Shown here: piece after piece, positions 51,137-60,548 of the stretch
Numbering within the stretch: position 1 is the first letter of the stretch
Layout of the letters: each line of letters begins with the position of its first letter
Assembly (NCBI GenBank): GCA_016176405.1
Contig: JACOXG010000004.1
Location: forward strand, 9,082-73,081
DNA from: Candidatus Daviesbacteria bacterium
Lineage (GTDB): Bacteria > Patescibacteriota > Microgenomatia > Daviesbacterales > UBA10151
Length of the DNA stretch: 64,000 bases
Reading direction: 5' to 3'
Position numbers and translations under genes: made by a program
Notes under the pieces: generated by a model
The model's database searches: none
The model's input: only the letters and a program-made list of their open reading frames with translations
Told to the model about the DNA's origin: nothing

Positions 51137-52327
51137 CTACTCATGTCTTAATGCTTCGATGGGATCTAGTTTAGCTGCCCTGATAGCTGGAGCGACTCCG
51201 AAGATTATTCCTACCAGCATGGAGAAGCTAAAAGCCAGGGCTACTGACCAAATAGGAACGGTGGTAGTGAAAAATCTGCCAATTATAAATGACAGGCCAA
51301 TACCCAAAATAATCCCAATAATTCCACCAATCCCAGATAAAGTCACTGCCTCAATTAAAAACTGATTTCTAATATCAGAAGGTTTAGCTCCCACAGCTTT
51401 TCTTAGACCAATTTCTCTGGTTCTTTCTGTCACGGATACCAACATGATATTCATAATTCCAATCCCTCCCACAATTAAGGATATAGCCGCAATTCCTCCC
51501 AAAGCTGCTGTTAAAACCCCGGTGATTTGGGAGATAGTAGATAAAGTTTGTTCCTGTGTTTGAACAGTAAATTCATCCTCAGATAATCTTTTTCCCAAAA
51601 TACCTTGGGCCCTTTTTTGTACATCCTTAACATCTTCAGCAGTCTTGGCAGAAATATAAATGGTATTAAGATTCTCAATACCAAATTGTCTTTCGGCCGA
51701 AGCAAAGGGTACATAAATAGAGTTATCAAAATCTATGCCAAAAACAGCCCCCCTGGGTCCTAAAACGCCAATCACAATATATTTTAATCCCGCCACATCA
51801 ATAGTTTGATTCAAAGCTTTGCCTGAAGCAAATAGATTACTTTTAACTGTTGGTCCAATCACCGCCACTTTCTTGGAGGAATCAGCCTCAGACTGTCTAA
51901 AAAATCTGCCCTCTGTAATTTTAATGGAAATAACCTCTGGATAATTGGCCTCCACTCCGAAAACAGCTGCTCCCTTATCTGTTTTACTGCCATATTTTAA
52001 GGTAGCATTTCTTTGAATTGCAGCTGAAACATCCGCTTCACCATCTAATTTATTCCTTAAATTAATAGCGTCCTGGTAAACTAATCTGTTGGCCTGGACT
52101 CCGCCAGGGGATCTGGCTCCCCCAATCCTACCAGGGATAACAATCAATAGATTTGAACCTAAACCTTGAATTTGAGACGTAATAAAAGTTTGCAAACCGG
52201 AAACCAAGGAGATGAGCAAAATGACTGATGTTACACCGATCACAATACCAAGAATGGTCAGAAATGACCTCATTCTATTGGCAAGAATAGCAGTTAAAGC
52301 CGACTGTGTTGTTTCCAAAAAATCCAT
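51137..52327 (-). CDS. MacB-like ABC transporter permease
   Basis: RSFLTILGIVIG, GGIGIMNIMLVSVTERTREIG, DPIEALR. Confidence 0.93.
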   Translation of the reverse strand: MDFLETTQSALTAILANRMRSFLTILGIVIGVTSVILLISLVSGLQTFITSQIQGLGSNLLIVIPGRIGGARSPGGVQANRLVYQDAINLRNKLDGEADVSAAIQRNATLKYGSKTDKGAAVFGVEANYPEVISIKITEGRFFRQSEADSSKKVAVIGPTVKSNLFASGKALNQTIDVAGLKYIVIGVLGPRGAVFGIDFDNSIYVPFASAERQFGIENLNTIYISAKTAEDVKDVQKRAQGILGKRLSEDEFTVQTQEQTLSTISQITGVLTAALGGIAAISLIVGGIGIMNIMLVSVTERTREIGLRKAVGAKPSDIRNQFLIEAVTLSGIGGIIGIILGIGLSFIIGRFFTTTVPIWSVALAFSFSMLVGIIFGVAPAIRAAKLDPIEALRHE

Positions 52328-52337
52328 AGTTAGTGAC

Positions 52338-52401
52338 TAGAGTCGAGAGTCAAGAGTCTAGATTTGTTTTCCTAGACTCTAGATTCTAGCGACTAGACTC
52401 T
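52338..52401. repeat. inverted heptamer arrays (TAGAGTC)n...(CTAGACT)n spanning the ATPase stop codon
   Basis: Shares TCTAGCGACTAGACTCT with the uvrA copy. Confidence 0.85.
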
Positions 52402-53063
52402 ATTCTCCCATCCTTCAGCCTAATAATCCTCTTGGCATGTTTGGCAATATTTGCTTCATGTGTAATCATAATAATAGTTTTGCCTTCCCAATTTAGTTTT
52501 TGGAAAATTTTGATAATTTCCTCACCCGATTTAGTATCCAAATTTCCGGTTGGCTCATCTGCTAGAATAAGTTCAGGATTATTAACTAAGGCTCTGGCAA
52601 TGGCCACTCTTTGTTGCTGACCACCTGAGAGTTGATTAGGATGAGATTGCAGCTTGTCTGCCAGCCCCACCTCATCTAATGCCTGTTTTGCTCTTTGCAG
52701 TCTCTCTGGTTTGCTCACTCCCGCATAAATCAAAGGTATGGACACATTATCCAAGGCAGAGGTTCTGGGTAAAAGATTGAAAGATTGAAAAACAAAGCCA
52801 ATTTTTTGATTTCTAATTTCTGCTAATCTTTCTTCTTGGAGATGAGCTGTGTTTTGTCCATCAAGTTCATATATTCCTGAAGTTGGATGATCTAACAGCC
52901 CAATAATATTCATTAAAGTGGATTTGCCGGAACCGGAAGCGCCTATGATGGCTATGTATTCACCTTTTTTGACCACTAAATTAATACCTGCTAGGGCTTT
53001 CAGAGAAACTTCACCGCTGACATAGATTTTGTTTATATTGGTTAGTTTAACTAGGGTGCTCAT
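52386..53063 (-). CDS. ABC transporter ATP-binding protein (LolD/MacB-type)
   Basis: [26 protein letters not shown]. Confidence 0.95.
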   Translation of the reverse strand: MSTLVKLTNINKIYVSGEVSLKALAGINLVVKKGEYIAIIGASGSGKSTLMNIIGLLDHPTSGIYELDGQNTAHLQEERLAEIRNQKIGFVFQSFNLLPRTSALDNVSIPLIYAGVSKPERLQRAKQALDEVGLADKLQSHPNQLSGGQQQRVAIARALVNNPELILADEPTGNLDTKSGEEIIKIFQKLNWEGKTIIMITHEANIAKHAKRIIRLKDGRIESSR

Positions 53064-54160
53064 CTTCCCCGAAAGAGACGAAGAATTCCCACGTCTCTTT
53101 GCTCATTTAAGTTAGATGGAGGATTAGGAATGACTTTATCACCCTCACTTAAGCCCTCTTTAATCTCAACTTCTGTATCTGACCTTATGCCGGTGACTAC
53201 CTTTTTGGATATTGGTCCCTGGGGGGTTTCTACCACCACTGTATCATCATCTCTTAAAGCCTCAATTGGTATTACTAAAGTATTTTTAGCCTCAGATAAA
53301 ATCACCTCAGCCTGGCCACTTAATCCCTGAATGAAGGTAATAGAAGAGCTCAATATAATTCTGACAGTGATGATGGTGGCACCAGAAGTGGTAGTTTTGG
53401 TAAAGGGAATAATCTGGGAAACCTCTCCTGCAAATGTTTGAGTGGGGTAGGCATCTAAAACAATTTCCCCTTTTTGCCCCACCTTTATTTTACCAATATC
53501 AGCTTCATCAATTTCCGAATCAAAATAAATTGTATCTGTGGTAGCAATTTTTAGGACAATATCTGTGGCAGAAAGTGTCTGGCCAATGATGGCGTTGACT
53601 TGAGTAATGATGCCCTTATCTGGAGAGACTATCCTGGTATCATCAAAAGAAATTTGGGCGCTTTTGACTCCTTCTTGTGCATTATCCCGGGCCACCTCGG
53701 CCGTAGTTCTCAGTTGCCGTTGAGTCATGGTTTCATTACTAGAGCCAATATTGGCAAATCCGCCCATGCCATATTGAAAAAGATGGATATCATCTATTAC
53801 TTTATCAACTGTGGCTTGTTTATCCCTTAAGGTATTTTTAGCCTCATTTAAGGCAATCTGCTGTTGTCTGCTATCTGTTGACACCAACAGTTGTCCCTGA
53901 GAAACCTCATCTCCTTCCTTAACACCCAGATAGGTAATTTTACCGCCGCTTTTCACTTTCAGATCCAAGGAATTTTGACCAGTCAATATACCTGATGCAG
54001 AAACAACCTCCTTGATATCTGATCGTGCCACAGTGTAAAACTCAAAAGTATCTTGAGGCCTTCTGGGAAAAATGAAAAATCCCACCAGTGCCAAAATAAT
54101 TAGCCCTATAATGATGAACCTTTTGTTAATTTTTCTTAACGCTTTGAGCCCATTTTTCAT
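53060..54160 (-). CDS. efflux periplasmic adaptor (MacA-like)
   Basis: TM helix, biotinyl-like VKEGDEV, SP..G, EIDEADIG, GLSEGDKV. Confidence 0.88.
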   Translation of the reverse strand: MKNGLKALRKINKRFIIIGLIILALVGFFIFPRRPQDTFEFYTVARSDIKEVVSASGILTGQNSLDLKVKSGGKITYLGVKEGDEVSQGQLLVSTDSRQQQIALNEAKNTLRDKQATVDKVIDDIHLFQYGMGGFANIGSSNETMTQRQLRTTAEVARDNAQEGVKSAQISFDDTRIVSPDKGIITQVNAIIGQTLSATDIVLKIATTDTIYFDSEIDEADIGKIKVGQKGEIVLDAYPTQTFAGEVSQIIPFTKTTTSGATIITVRIILSSSITFIQGLSGQAEVILSEAKNTLVIPIEALRDDDTVVVETPQGPISKKVVTGIRSDTEVEIKEGLSEGDKVIPNPPSNLNEQRDVGILRLFRGR

Positions 54161-54213
54161 GCGTGGCGTATTGTATAATATTTATATATTGAAGTAAAAC
54201 CCAGTTAAATTTA

Positions 54214-54804
54214 TTAGAGGCCAGTTTTCTTAGTTTCTATCAGTTTGACAATTTGCTCAATAGTTTGATCCAACTTTCCCGGCACATTTACTATCACACG
54301 ATCATAATTTTGTTGATATTTGTTCCAAATCAACTGGTCATCCCTCATTCTTTTATTGATTTCATCTTCTGGTAGATTTCTCTCCTTCAGTCTTTGCAAA
54401 ATAACATCCTCTGCACAGGTGATAAAAATGACCATTAATCCTTTTAGAATTTTCTCAGCTGTTTCTGGTGGAAAAGATTGTTTAATAAAATCCCTAATTT
54501 GACCAGCCCTGGATGGATCAATCCTCCAAATGGAGTCCTGATCAAGAGCTTTGTCTATCTCAGATTTGTAGGTGCCATATAAATTTCCTCCATATTCCAC
54601 GTACTCCACAAATTCACCCTGGGAAATTTTACGTCTAAACTCCTCCTCACTTAAGAAAAAATAATTAACTCCATTTCTTTCCCCAATCCTGGGGGAACGA
54701 GAGGTGGTGGTGATAACTTTTTTAACATTGGAGTATTTTAGCAGAAGCTGAGATTGGATAGTATCCTTGCCAGCAGCAGTTCTTCCGGTGAGGACAATTA
54801 ACAT
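54214..54804 (-). CDS. gmk: guanylate kinase
   Basis: GRTAAGKD, TTSRSPRIGERNGVNYFF, NLYGT. Confidence 0.88.
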   Translation of the reverse strand: MLIVLTGRTAAGKDTIQSQLLLKYSNVKKVITTTSRSPRIGERNGVNYFFLSEEEFRRKISQGEFVEYVEYGGNLYGTYKSEIDKALDQDSIWRIDPSRAGQIRDFIKQSFPPETAEKILKGLMVIFITCAEDVILQRLKERNLPEDEINKRMRDDQLIWNKYQQNYDRVIVNVPGKLDQTIEQIVKLIETKKTGL

Positions 54805-54805
54805 T

Positions 54806-55147
54806 TTAATTAAGACAGTGGGTACAACGGCAAGCAAATACTCTTATGTGTCCTCTGGGAAGAGTTAATCCTTGAATAATCCCCCCCAGAAGCAATCCTC
54901 TGGTGATGGAATGATCCAAAACCCCAATGGTGGTAAAACCTGATAAAGCTAGAAGGATAGAGAAATTAATCCAATGATGGAAATGGATGGGTCTGCCGAA
55001 CATATAAACTCTGATGATGGGGAAAAGTTGTAGCCTTTTGATTTTAATATTGGGAAGTTTTTTCCTTATTCTGGCATTAGGATGAGTGGTGGCTTTTAAG
55101 GTCCAGTAACCCAATGCTGTGGCAGGTACTAATGATAAATATTCCAT
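54806..55147 (-). CDS. hypothetical membrane protein
   Basis: HFHHW motif and TM segments. Confidence 0.65.
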   Translation of the reverse strand: MEYLSLVPATALGYWTLKATTHPNARIRKKLPNIKIKRLQLFPIIRVYMFGRPIHFHHWINFSILLALSGFTTIGVLDHSITRGLLLGGIIQGLTLPRGHIRVFACRCTHCLN

Positions 55148-55227
55148 GGATTATTTATATTGGATTTTTAATAAAATGTCAATTGCAATTGACATCCTAC
55201 CAGTAATTACCCATAATTTAGGTAAGG

Positions 55228-56007
55228 ATGTTCCCTCGAAGAAGAAATACCATCTATCTTTGGCAATTGGTTTTGCTACTACTAGTCATTTTTCTGACCT
55301 TATTCCCAGTTTTTTATGGTTCTCCCAGAAAAACCAATATATTTAATCTTTTTTATGCCAAACCTAAATCATTTGCCGGAGAGATCAATATTATTCCTAA
55401 GGTAGATTTAAAAGTTACTTATCAAGGAAGCTCTTATGATGGAACGGTTAATGTCACCAAAGAAGAGACTCCGTTAGTTTTATCATGGACTGTGGAAGGT
55501 AATGCTACCTCCTGCATCGGTAGGGTGGGAGGATCAACCACAGAGGATTTTTCCTGGAAAGGATCAAAGGATTCTGCTGGGGGAACTTTTACCACAGCCA
55601 GACTTGATCAAAATAATCCTTATGTTTATACCATTGATTGTCAAAATGAGAGAGGGGACGCAGCAGGGGATAGCGTGGTCATTAACGTGGGAGCGCTATC
55701 ACAGAATACCCTTCCTCAGCTAATTAATTTGGGGATCATGGTGGGGGACGTGAAATTTGACGGACAAGCCCCGATTGAGGCAAGTAGCGGAGAGATTGCA
55801 CAATTTAATTGGACTTCGCTTAATACCACCACTCCTTATTCCATCTGCCTATCTACTGGTTCTTGGCCTACTATTTATCAGTATCTGGGGAATAATACAA
55901 TTTCGGAAAGCTTTAGGCTTGAACAAAGAAAAATTTACAGTTACCGAATTTTTTGTAGCAATGAGAGCTCGTATTTGGAAAAAACAATTTTTGTATTTGT
56001 TAAATAA
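55228..56007 (+). CDS. secreted protein with Ig-like repeats
   Basis: N-terminal TM helix; two W..C...W...Y.I.C repeats. Confidence 0.65.
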   Translation: MFPRRRNTIYLWQLVLLLLVIFLTLFPVFYGSPRKTNIFNLFYAKPKSFAGEINIIPKVDLKVTYQGSSYDGTVNVTKEETPLVLSWTVEGNATSCIGRVGGSTTEDFSWKGSKDSAGGTFTTARLDQNNPYVYTIDCQNERGDAAGDSVVINVGALSQNTLPQLINLGIMVGDVKFDGQAPIEASSGEIAQFNWTSLNTTTPYSICLSTGSWPTIYQYLGNNTISESFRLEQRKIYSYRIFCSNESSYLEKTIFVFVK

Positions 56008-56009
56008 TC

Positions 56010-57431
56010 ATGGAATACAAAGTGCCACCTAAAATTCAATATGGACCCGTCCCGGTGATCTTTGAGGATCCTAATAAAGATGATCAGGATAAAAAGATCA
56101 ACTTTCTCAAAAAGATTATTGAGATAGAAATCGGTATTAACATGGTGATTGGAGCAGTGTTGGTCTTTTTGGTAATTTTGATGATTGCCTGGAAAACAAA
56201 TCTATCTTCTAGGCCAACGGATCAATCTTCAGCCGAAAATTTTCAATCTCAGGTTAGGGTAGTTGAACCAGCTGAGGCTACTGATCAAAGAATTATTACT
56301 GCCAAAGGGATTGCCCCTATTTATATCCATGAACAAATCGTCAATATCGAGAGGGCTTTTAGTGCTCCTGCTGATGAAATAATCCTGACAGTCCACGGAC
56401 CCTTAAAAAAAGAAGTCTTAGGATTTTTGCCTTATTGGGCTTTGGATAAACTGGATGATATTAGTTTGAAGGTTTTATCACAGGTAAGTTGGTTTGGATT
56501 AGAGGTTGATGGGGAAGGCAATATTATCAAATCAGATCTCAATGGACAAACTGTGTCCCATTGGGCATATCTCAATGATCCAAAATTTGATAAGTTTTTG
56601 GATAAAGCTAAAAGAGAGAGGCTAAAAGTTTATGTGACTTTGAAATGTTTTAACCAGGACAATATTGTCAAAATTGCTACCTCGCCTGAAGCCAGGCAGA
56701 ATTTTATTAAGCAAGCCCTGTTTTTAATGAATTCAAAAAATTTTGATGGGATTAATTTGGATTTTGAATATATTGGTACTCCTACCGACAATGTCAGAAA
56801 TGGTTTTTCTTTGTTGGTGATTAATCTAAATAAGGAGTTAAAAAGGCAACATCCGAAGGCTCAACTGACTATTGACACCTTTATTGATGCAGCATCCAAC
56901 ATAAGAATTCATGATGTCCCAGTCCTAGCACAAAACTCTGATGCTTTGGTGATTATGGGTTATGATTTTTCTACTCCTAATTCATCTACAGCCGGACCAG
57001 TTGCACCGATGGAAGGAGGCTATTCCATTTTTAATTTTATGAGCAGTTATTTAGAAAAGGCTCCCTCAGATAAATTGATTTTGGCAGTACCCTACTATGG
57101 TTATGATTGGCCAGTCATATCTGCCTCATTTAATGCCCCTGTCTCAGGTAGTCGAGCTGATGTAAGAATCAGGCCATATGCAGAAATTGCTGATGCTACT
57201 AAGAATACTCAAATAAACTGGGACGAAGCATCTCAAACTCCTTGGTTTTCCTATATAGATGCGGAAAATGGAGCTACCAGAGTGACCCACTTTGAAAATA
57301 CCCGCTCGCTGGGGATCAAGTATGATTTTATTAATGATAAAAATCTAAAAGGAGTGGGTATCTGGGCATTAGGATTTGATGGGAAAAGAAATGATCTAGC
57401 TCAACTTCTCTCTGACAAATTTGCAAAATGA
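56010..57431 (+). CDS. glycoside hydrolase family 18 protein
   Basis: FDGINLDFE (DxxDxDxE-like), MGYD, PYYG, GVGIWALG. Confidence 0.9.
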   Translation: MEYKVPPKIQYGPVPVIFEDPNKDDQDKKINFLKKIIEIEIGINMVIGAVLVFLVILMIAWKTNLSSRPTDQSSAENFQSQVRVVEPAEATDQRIITAKGIAPIYIHEQIVNIERAFSAPADEIILTVHGPLKKEVLGFLPYWALDKLDDISLKVLSQVSWFGLEVDGEGNIIKSDLNGQTVSHWAYLNDPKFDKFLDKAKRERLKVYVTLKCFNQDNIVKIATSPEARQNFIKQALFLMNSKNFDGINLDFEYIGTPTDNVRNGFSLLVINLNKELKRQHPKAQLTIDTFIDAASNIRIHDVPVLAQNSDALVIMGYDFSTPNSSTAGPVAPMEGGYSIFNFMSSYLEKAPSDKLILAVPYYGYDWPVISASFNAPVSGSRADVRIRPYAEIADATKNTQINWDEASQTPWFSYIDAENGATRVTHFENTRSLGIKYDFINDKNLKGVGIWALGFDGKRNDLAQLLSDKFAK

Positions 57432-57483
57432 AATCTAATTTTTTCTTAACATTTTCTTAACATGTATGGATATGATAATTATA

Positions 57484-58101
57484 ATGGCTGATAGTGAGAG
57501 AGAAAGAGGTATAGGTTGGGGGATACGAGATTTACCACATAGGCTAGGAGGGATACTTCGGATTTTTTCTCCTCGGAGTGATTTACAAAGTCTTTATGAA
57601 CAAGCGGCTTTAAAGCTTCTAAGCAGTTTACATGAAAACGGTTATTTTTATAATGAAAGTCCTAATGGTGATACAGGATATGAAAAGGTTTACCTTAGAG
57701 GAAATAGCGATCAAAGGAGATTTGATGTGGAACTGAGACACTCTGGAAGAGATATATTAACAGTTTGTGACAGTTTTAGCCTACCCTTTCGCACCCTCAG
57801 TTTTGACCTAACCCGCTTACGAGAACTTCATCCTTCACAAGGATATAATTGGCAGGCAAATCATGTAATTACAATCACATGCACTAACCGCGATACTATA
57901 CACCTTAATGGAGAATCTCCTGAAATTGAGGCAAGTTTAACCAGGAGGGAGCAGATAGAACTTCTTGAGGAAGTGATTGCTGCTGAAGATAATTGGAAAG
58001 ATACAGCAGAGGAGTTTATGGAATTCAGATTACATACTGATCACTCAAGAGTGGGCTGGATAAGTGAGAAGCCACCTTTCCCAAATCCCCTGGCAGCTTA
58101 A
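57484..58101 (+). CDS. hypothetical protein
   Basis: ~205-aa ORF, no recognisable motif. Confidence 0.6.
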   Translation: MADSERERGIGWGIRDLPHRLGGILRIFSPRSDLQSLYEQAALKLLSSLHENGYFYNESPNGDTGYEKVYLRGNSDQRRFDVELRHSGRDILTVCDSFSLPFRTLSFDLTRLRELHPSQGYNWQANHVITITCTNRDTIHLNGESPEIEASLTRREQIELLEEVIAAEDNWKDTAEEFMEFRLHTDHSRVGWISEKPPFPNPLAA

Positions 58102-58122
58102 TATGTGTTATACTAGATACTC

Positions 58123-58572
58123 ATGCATAAATCATTTTATGCAAGTGGATTCCTTTATAACCTAAAGACTAATCAAATTCTCTTGCTTCAACCCAAAACT
58201 AGGGATAATTTAGCCTCTAATTGGTCTATGTTGGGAGGGGAAAGTAAAGAAGGAGAAGATGCTCAAGATACATTTCAAAGAATAGTCTTAGAAAAGCTCA
58301 ACTTAAATATTAAAATAAAACATATTTACCCTGTTTATGATTACATTGATGAAGCATCAGATAAAGTTAATTATGTATTTTATGCTGAAGTAAAAAGAAA
58401 TCTAAATTTTGATCCTTTAGAAGAGAGCACTTTATCCTGGGTGACTTTTCAAGAAACCCTAAAACTTTTATTTTCCGCTCAAACGAAACAAGACGTAGTA
58501 GTTGGAGGACGGGTGATTGATGCCAAATGGCGAGAAGATGCAGCTATCAAAGCATATGATCAAGAAGAATGA
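58123..58572 (+). CDS. NUDIX-like protein (degenerate box)
   Basis: WSMLGGESKEGE....F.R...E.L. Confidence 0.7.
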   Translation: MHKSFYASGFLYNLKTNQILLLQPKTRDNLASNWSMLGGESKEGEDAQDTFQRIVLEKLNLNIKIKHIYPVYDYIDEASDKVNYVFYAEVKRNLNFDPLEESTLSWVTFQETLKLLFSAQTKQDVVVGGRVIDAKWREDAAIKAYDQEE

Positions 58573-58910
58573 GCTACGGGATACTAGGAGATTTGAGCCC
58601 CTTGACTAAAAATCCTTTGATAAATGCTTTCTTGGCAGTTTTATATATAGTTGTGGTGGCCTCAGTGATGTTTTATGGAACTAAGAATGCACCTAGAGTT
58701 GAGTCAGTTATTATCCCAATTGCCATGATTTCACTTTTTACCCTCTCTGCTGCTGTGATGGGATATCTTTTTCTATCTCAACCTCTTCAACTTTATTTAG
58801 ACGGAAAGAAAAAAGAAGCAGTTAATCTTTTTCTTCAAACCCTGGCTATTTTTGCAGGTATTACAGCTTTTACTCTAATCCTTCTTTTTTCAGGAGTTCT
58901 GTTTTACTAG
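58569..58910 (+). CDS. hypothetical membrane protein
   Basis: Three TM helices. Confidence 0.7.
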   Translation: MSYGILGDLSPLTKNPLINAFLAVLYIVVVASVMFYGTKNAPRVESVIIPIAMISLFTLSAAVMGYLFLSQPLQLYLDGKKKEAVNLFLQTLAIFAGITAFTLILLFSGVLFY

Positions 58911-59623
58911 AAAAATCTTACTAAGGCAGCACTTACTGTTGCTAGAATATATGCTACAACACTGTAGGCAATAAAAGGATATTTTCTAAATCTCCATTTA
59001 ATTTTTTGGGCAAAATAAATTGAAATAATCATCAGAACTGTGGAGAAAAATAATCCTACTAATACCTTATCAAAGGCAGAATAAACAAACCAGGTAAAAG
59101 CAAATACCACACTATTTATAAAAAGTATTACCATATCTTTTTTATTAAATTCTTTCATTGGGTAAAATGAGGCAAGAGTAAGAAGGGAAACATTCATCAT
59201 CAGCCCGCCAATAAAAAATATGATATTCCCTGTGTAATAATCATTAATAAAAAGCCCGTTACACAAATTACCTACTAAATTTTTTAAGTCACAATACTGA
59301 TTTAAGGTAAAACTAGAAACTTCATGCCAACCTTCACCTGCCCCAAAAAGATAAGTCCCCATTAAAAAAAGTAACATCAGTAAAAAATCTCTTTTTTTAC
59401 TTAGAGTTTGAAGATTATTAGTAAATATTTGTAAATAGAAAAAGGATAAAATTACTGTAGCTAATAAAAAAATAACTGTTTGGTTTATTTGGTGAAGTCT
59501 AATAAAATTATATGGTTGTAGTAATGGTGAGGGTAGTAAACGCTCAATGATAATAACAAGAGCAGTAAGAGAATAAAGTGTAAATAAAATATTTAATTTC
59601 TTCACACCTTTAGCGTACAACAA
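58907..59623 (-). CDS. hypothetical polytopic membrane protein
   Basis: About seven TM helices; GEGWHE motif. Confidence 0.7.
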   Translation of the reverse strand: MLYAKGVKKLNILFTLYSLTALVIIIERLLPSPLLQPYNFIRLHQINQTVIFLLATVILSFFYLQIFTNNLQTLSKKRDFLLMLLFLMGTYLFGAGEGWHEVSSFTLNQYCDLKNLVGNLCNGLFINDYYTGNIIFFIGGLMMNVSLLTLASFYPMKEFNKKDMVILFINSVVFAFTWFVYSAFDKVLVGLFFSTVLMIISIYFAQKIKWRFRKYPFIAYSVVAYILATVSAALVRFF

Positions 59624-59699
59624 CTAATAAATTTCTTAAAGCCAAACTGTCAAATAGCCCTTTTAAAATGGAGGTGGTTGATAAAGATTTAGTTTGTAA

Positions 59700-60269
59700 C
59701 TAAGCTATTAGTATCTCTTGACGAGGTAATACACCAGATCTTAGATATGATACACCTAAAGCCAAGCTTCTATGCACACCATCAATAATATGAAGATAGC
59801 CATCTGGTCTTGCTCCACCTGGTCTAGAGCTCAAAATTAGTGGTGGTAACTCAATTCCCTGAGAGTATCCCTCTAAGGCCCTTTCAAAAGAATCTTCTCT
59901 CCATTGATCAACTAGACGGGGGTCATACTCCATACCTATACAATTTCGAGCAACACTTAATAAATCCCTTTCCAACCCTCCTTTAGTCAAAATATTCGAA
60001 ATATGTCTATCATTTTGATAATCAAAATACCAAATAATGGTAGGTAAATCCCGAGCATCCAATAATCTTTTTCTGTATACCTTATGGAATCTTATAAGAT
60101 CTACCGTATTTTGTTCAATCCCATGCCCTGAAAATTGTTGATAAATATTTAAAACCTCTGTTGATGTAACACGAGTACCTTCTTTCGGTAAATTACCGAA
60201 GTACATTTCTCTAACTTCAGCGAGTGGTAAATTCCTTCCAATTTTTTCAAGGCTCTCTTTTATAAACAT
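59700..60269 (-). CDS. hypothetical protein with ParB/sulfiredoxin-like motif
   Basis: PPLIL...LHIIDGVHRSLA. Confidence 0.6.
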   Translation of the reverse strand: MFIKESLEKIGRNLPLAEVREMYFGNLPKEGTRVTSTEVLNIYQQFSGHGIEQNTVDLIRFHKVYRKRLLDARDLPTIIWYFDYQNDRHISNILTKGGLERDLLSVARNCIGMEYDPRLVDQWREDSFERALEGYSQGIELPPLILSSRPGGARPDGYLHIIDGVHRSLALGVSYLRSGVLPRQEILIA

Positions 60270-60292
60270 GCTTAAATAATTCCGGAATTAAG

Positions 60293-60365
60293 GGTGGTCG
60301 ACGGGAATTGAACCCGCAACATTCAGTTCCACAAACTGACGCTCTGCCATTGAGCTACGACCACC
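60293..60365 (-). tRNA. tRNA-His(GTG)
   Basis: G-1, GTGGTCG...CGACCAC-C, anticodon arm TCAGT-TTGTGGA-ACTGA. Confidence 0.94.
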
Positions 60366-60404
60366 ATAATGCTTATTTTAACAGATTTACCATTTTTAAG
60401 CACG

Positions 60405-60490
60405 AAAAAAGCCCCTTGCGGGACTTTCTTCGAGAACCTGTCTAAATAATCTTGCGATTATTTAGGACCTTGCGGTTTTTTACAGGTATC
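60405..60490 (-). ncRNA. candidate small structured RNA with three GCAA tetraloops
   Basis: Own TTGACA-17-TATAAA promoter, three-way junction, terminator with U-tract. Confidence 0.5.
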
Positions 60491-60548
60491 TTTCTTTATA
60501 TACCCAATTTATATTTCTGTCAACTATGATCATTTGAATCAAACTATA

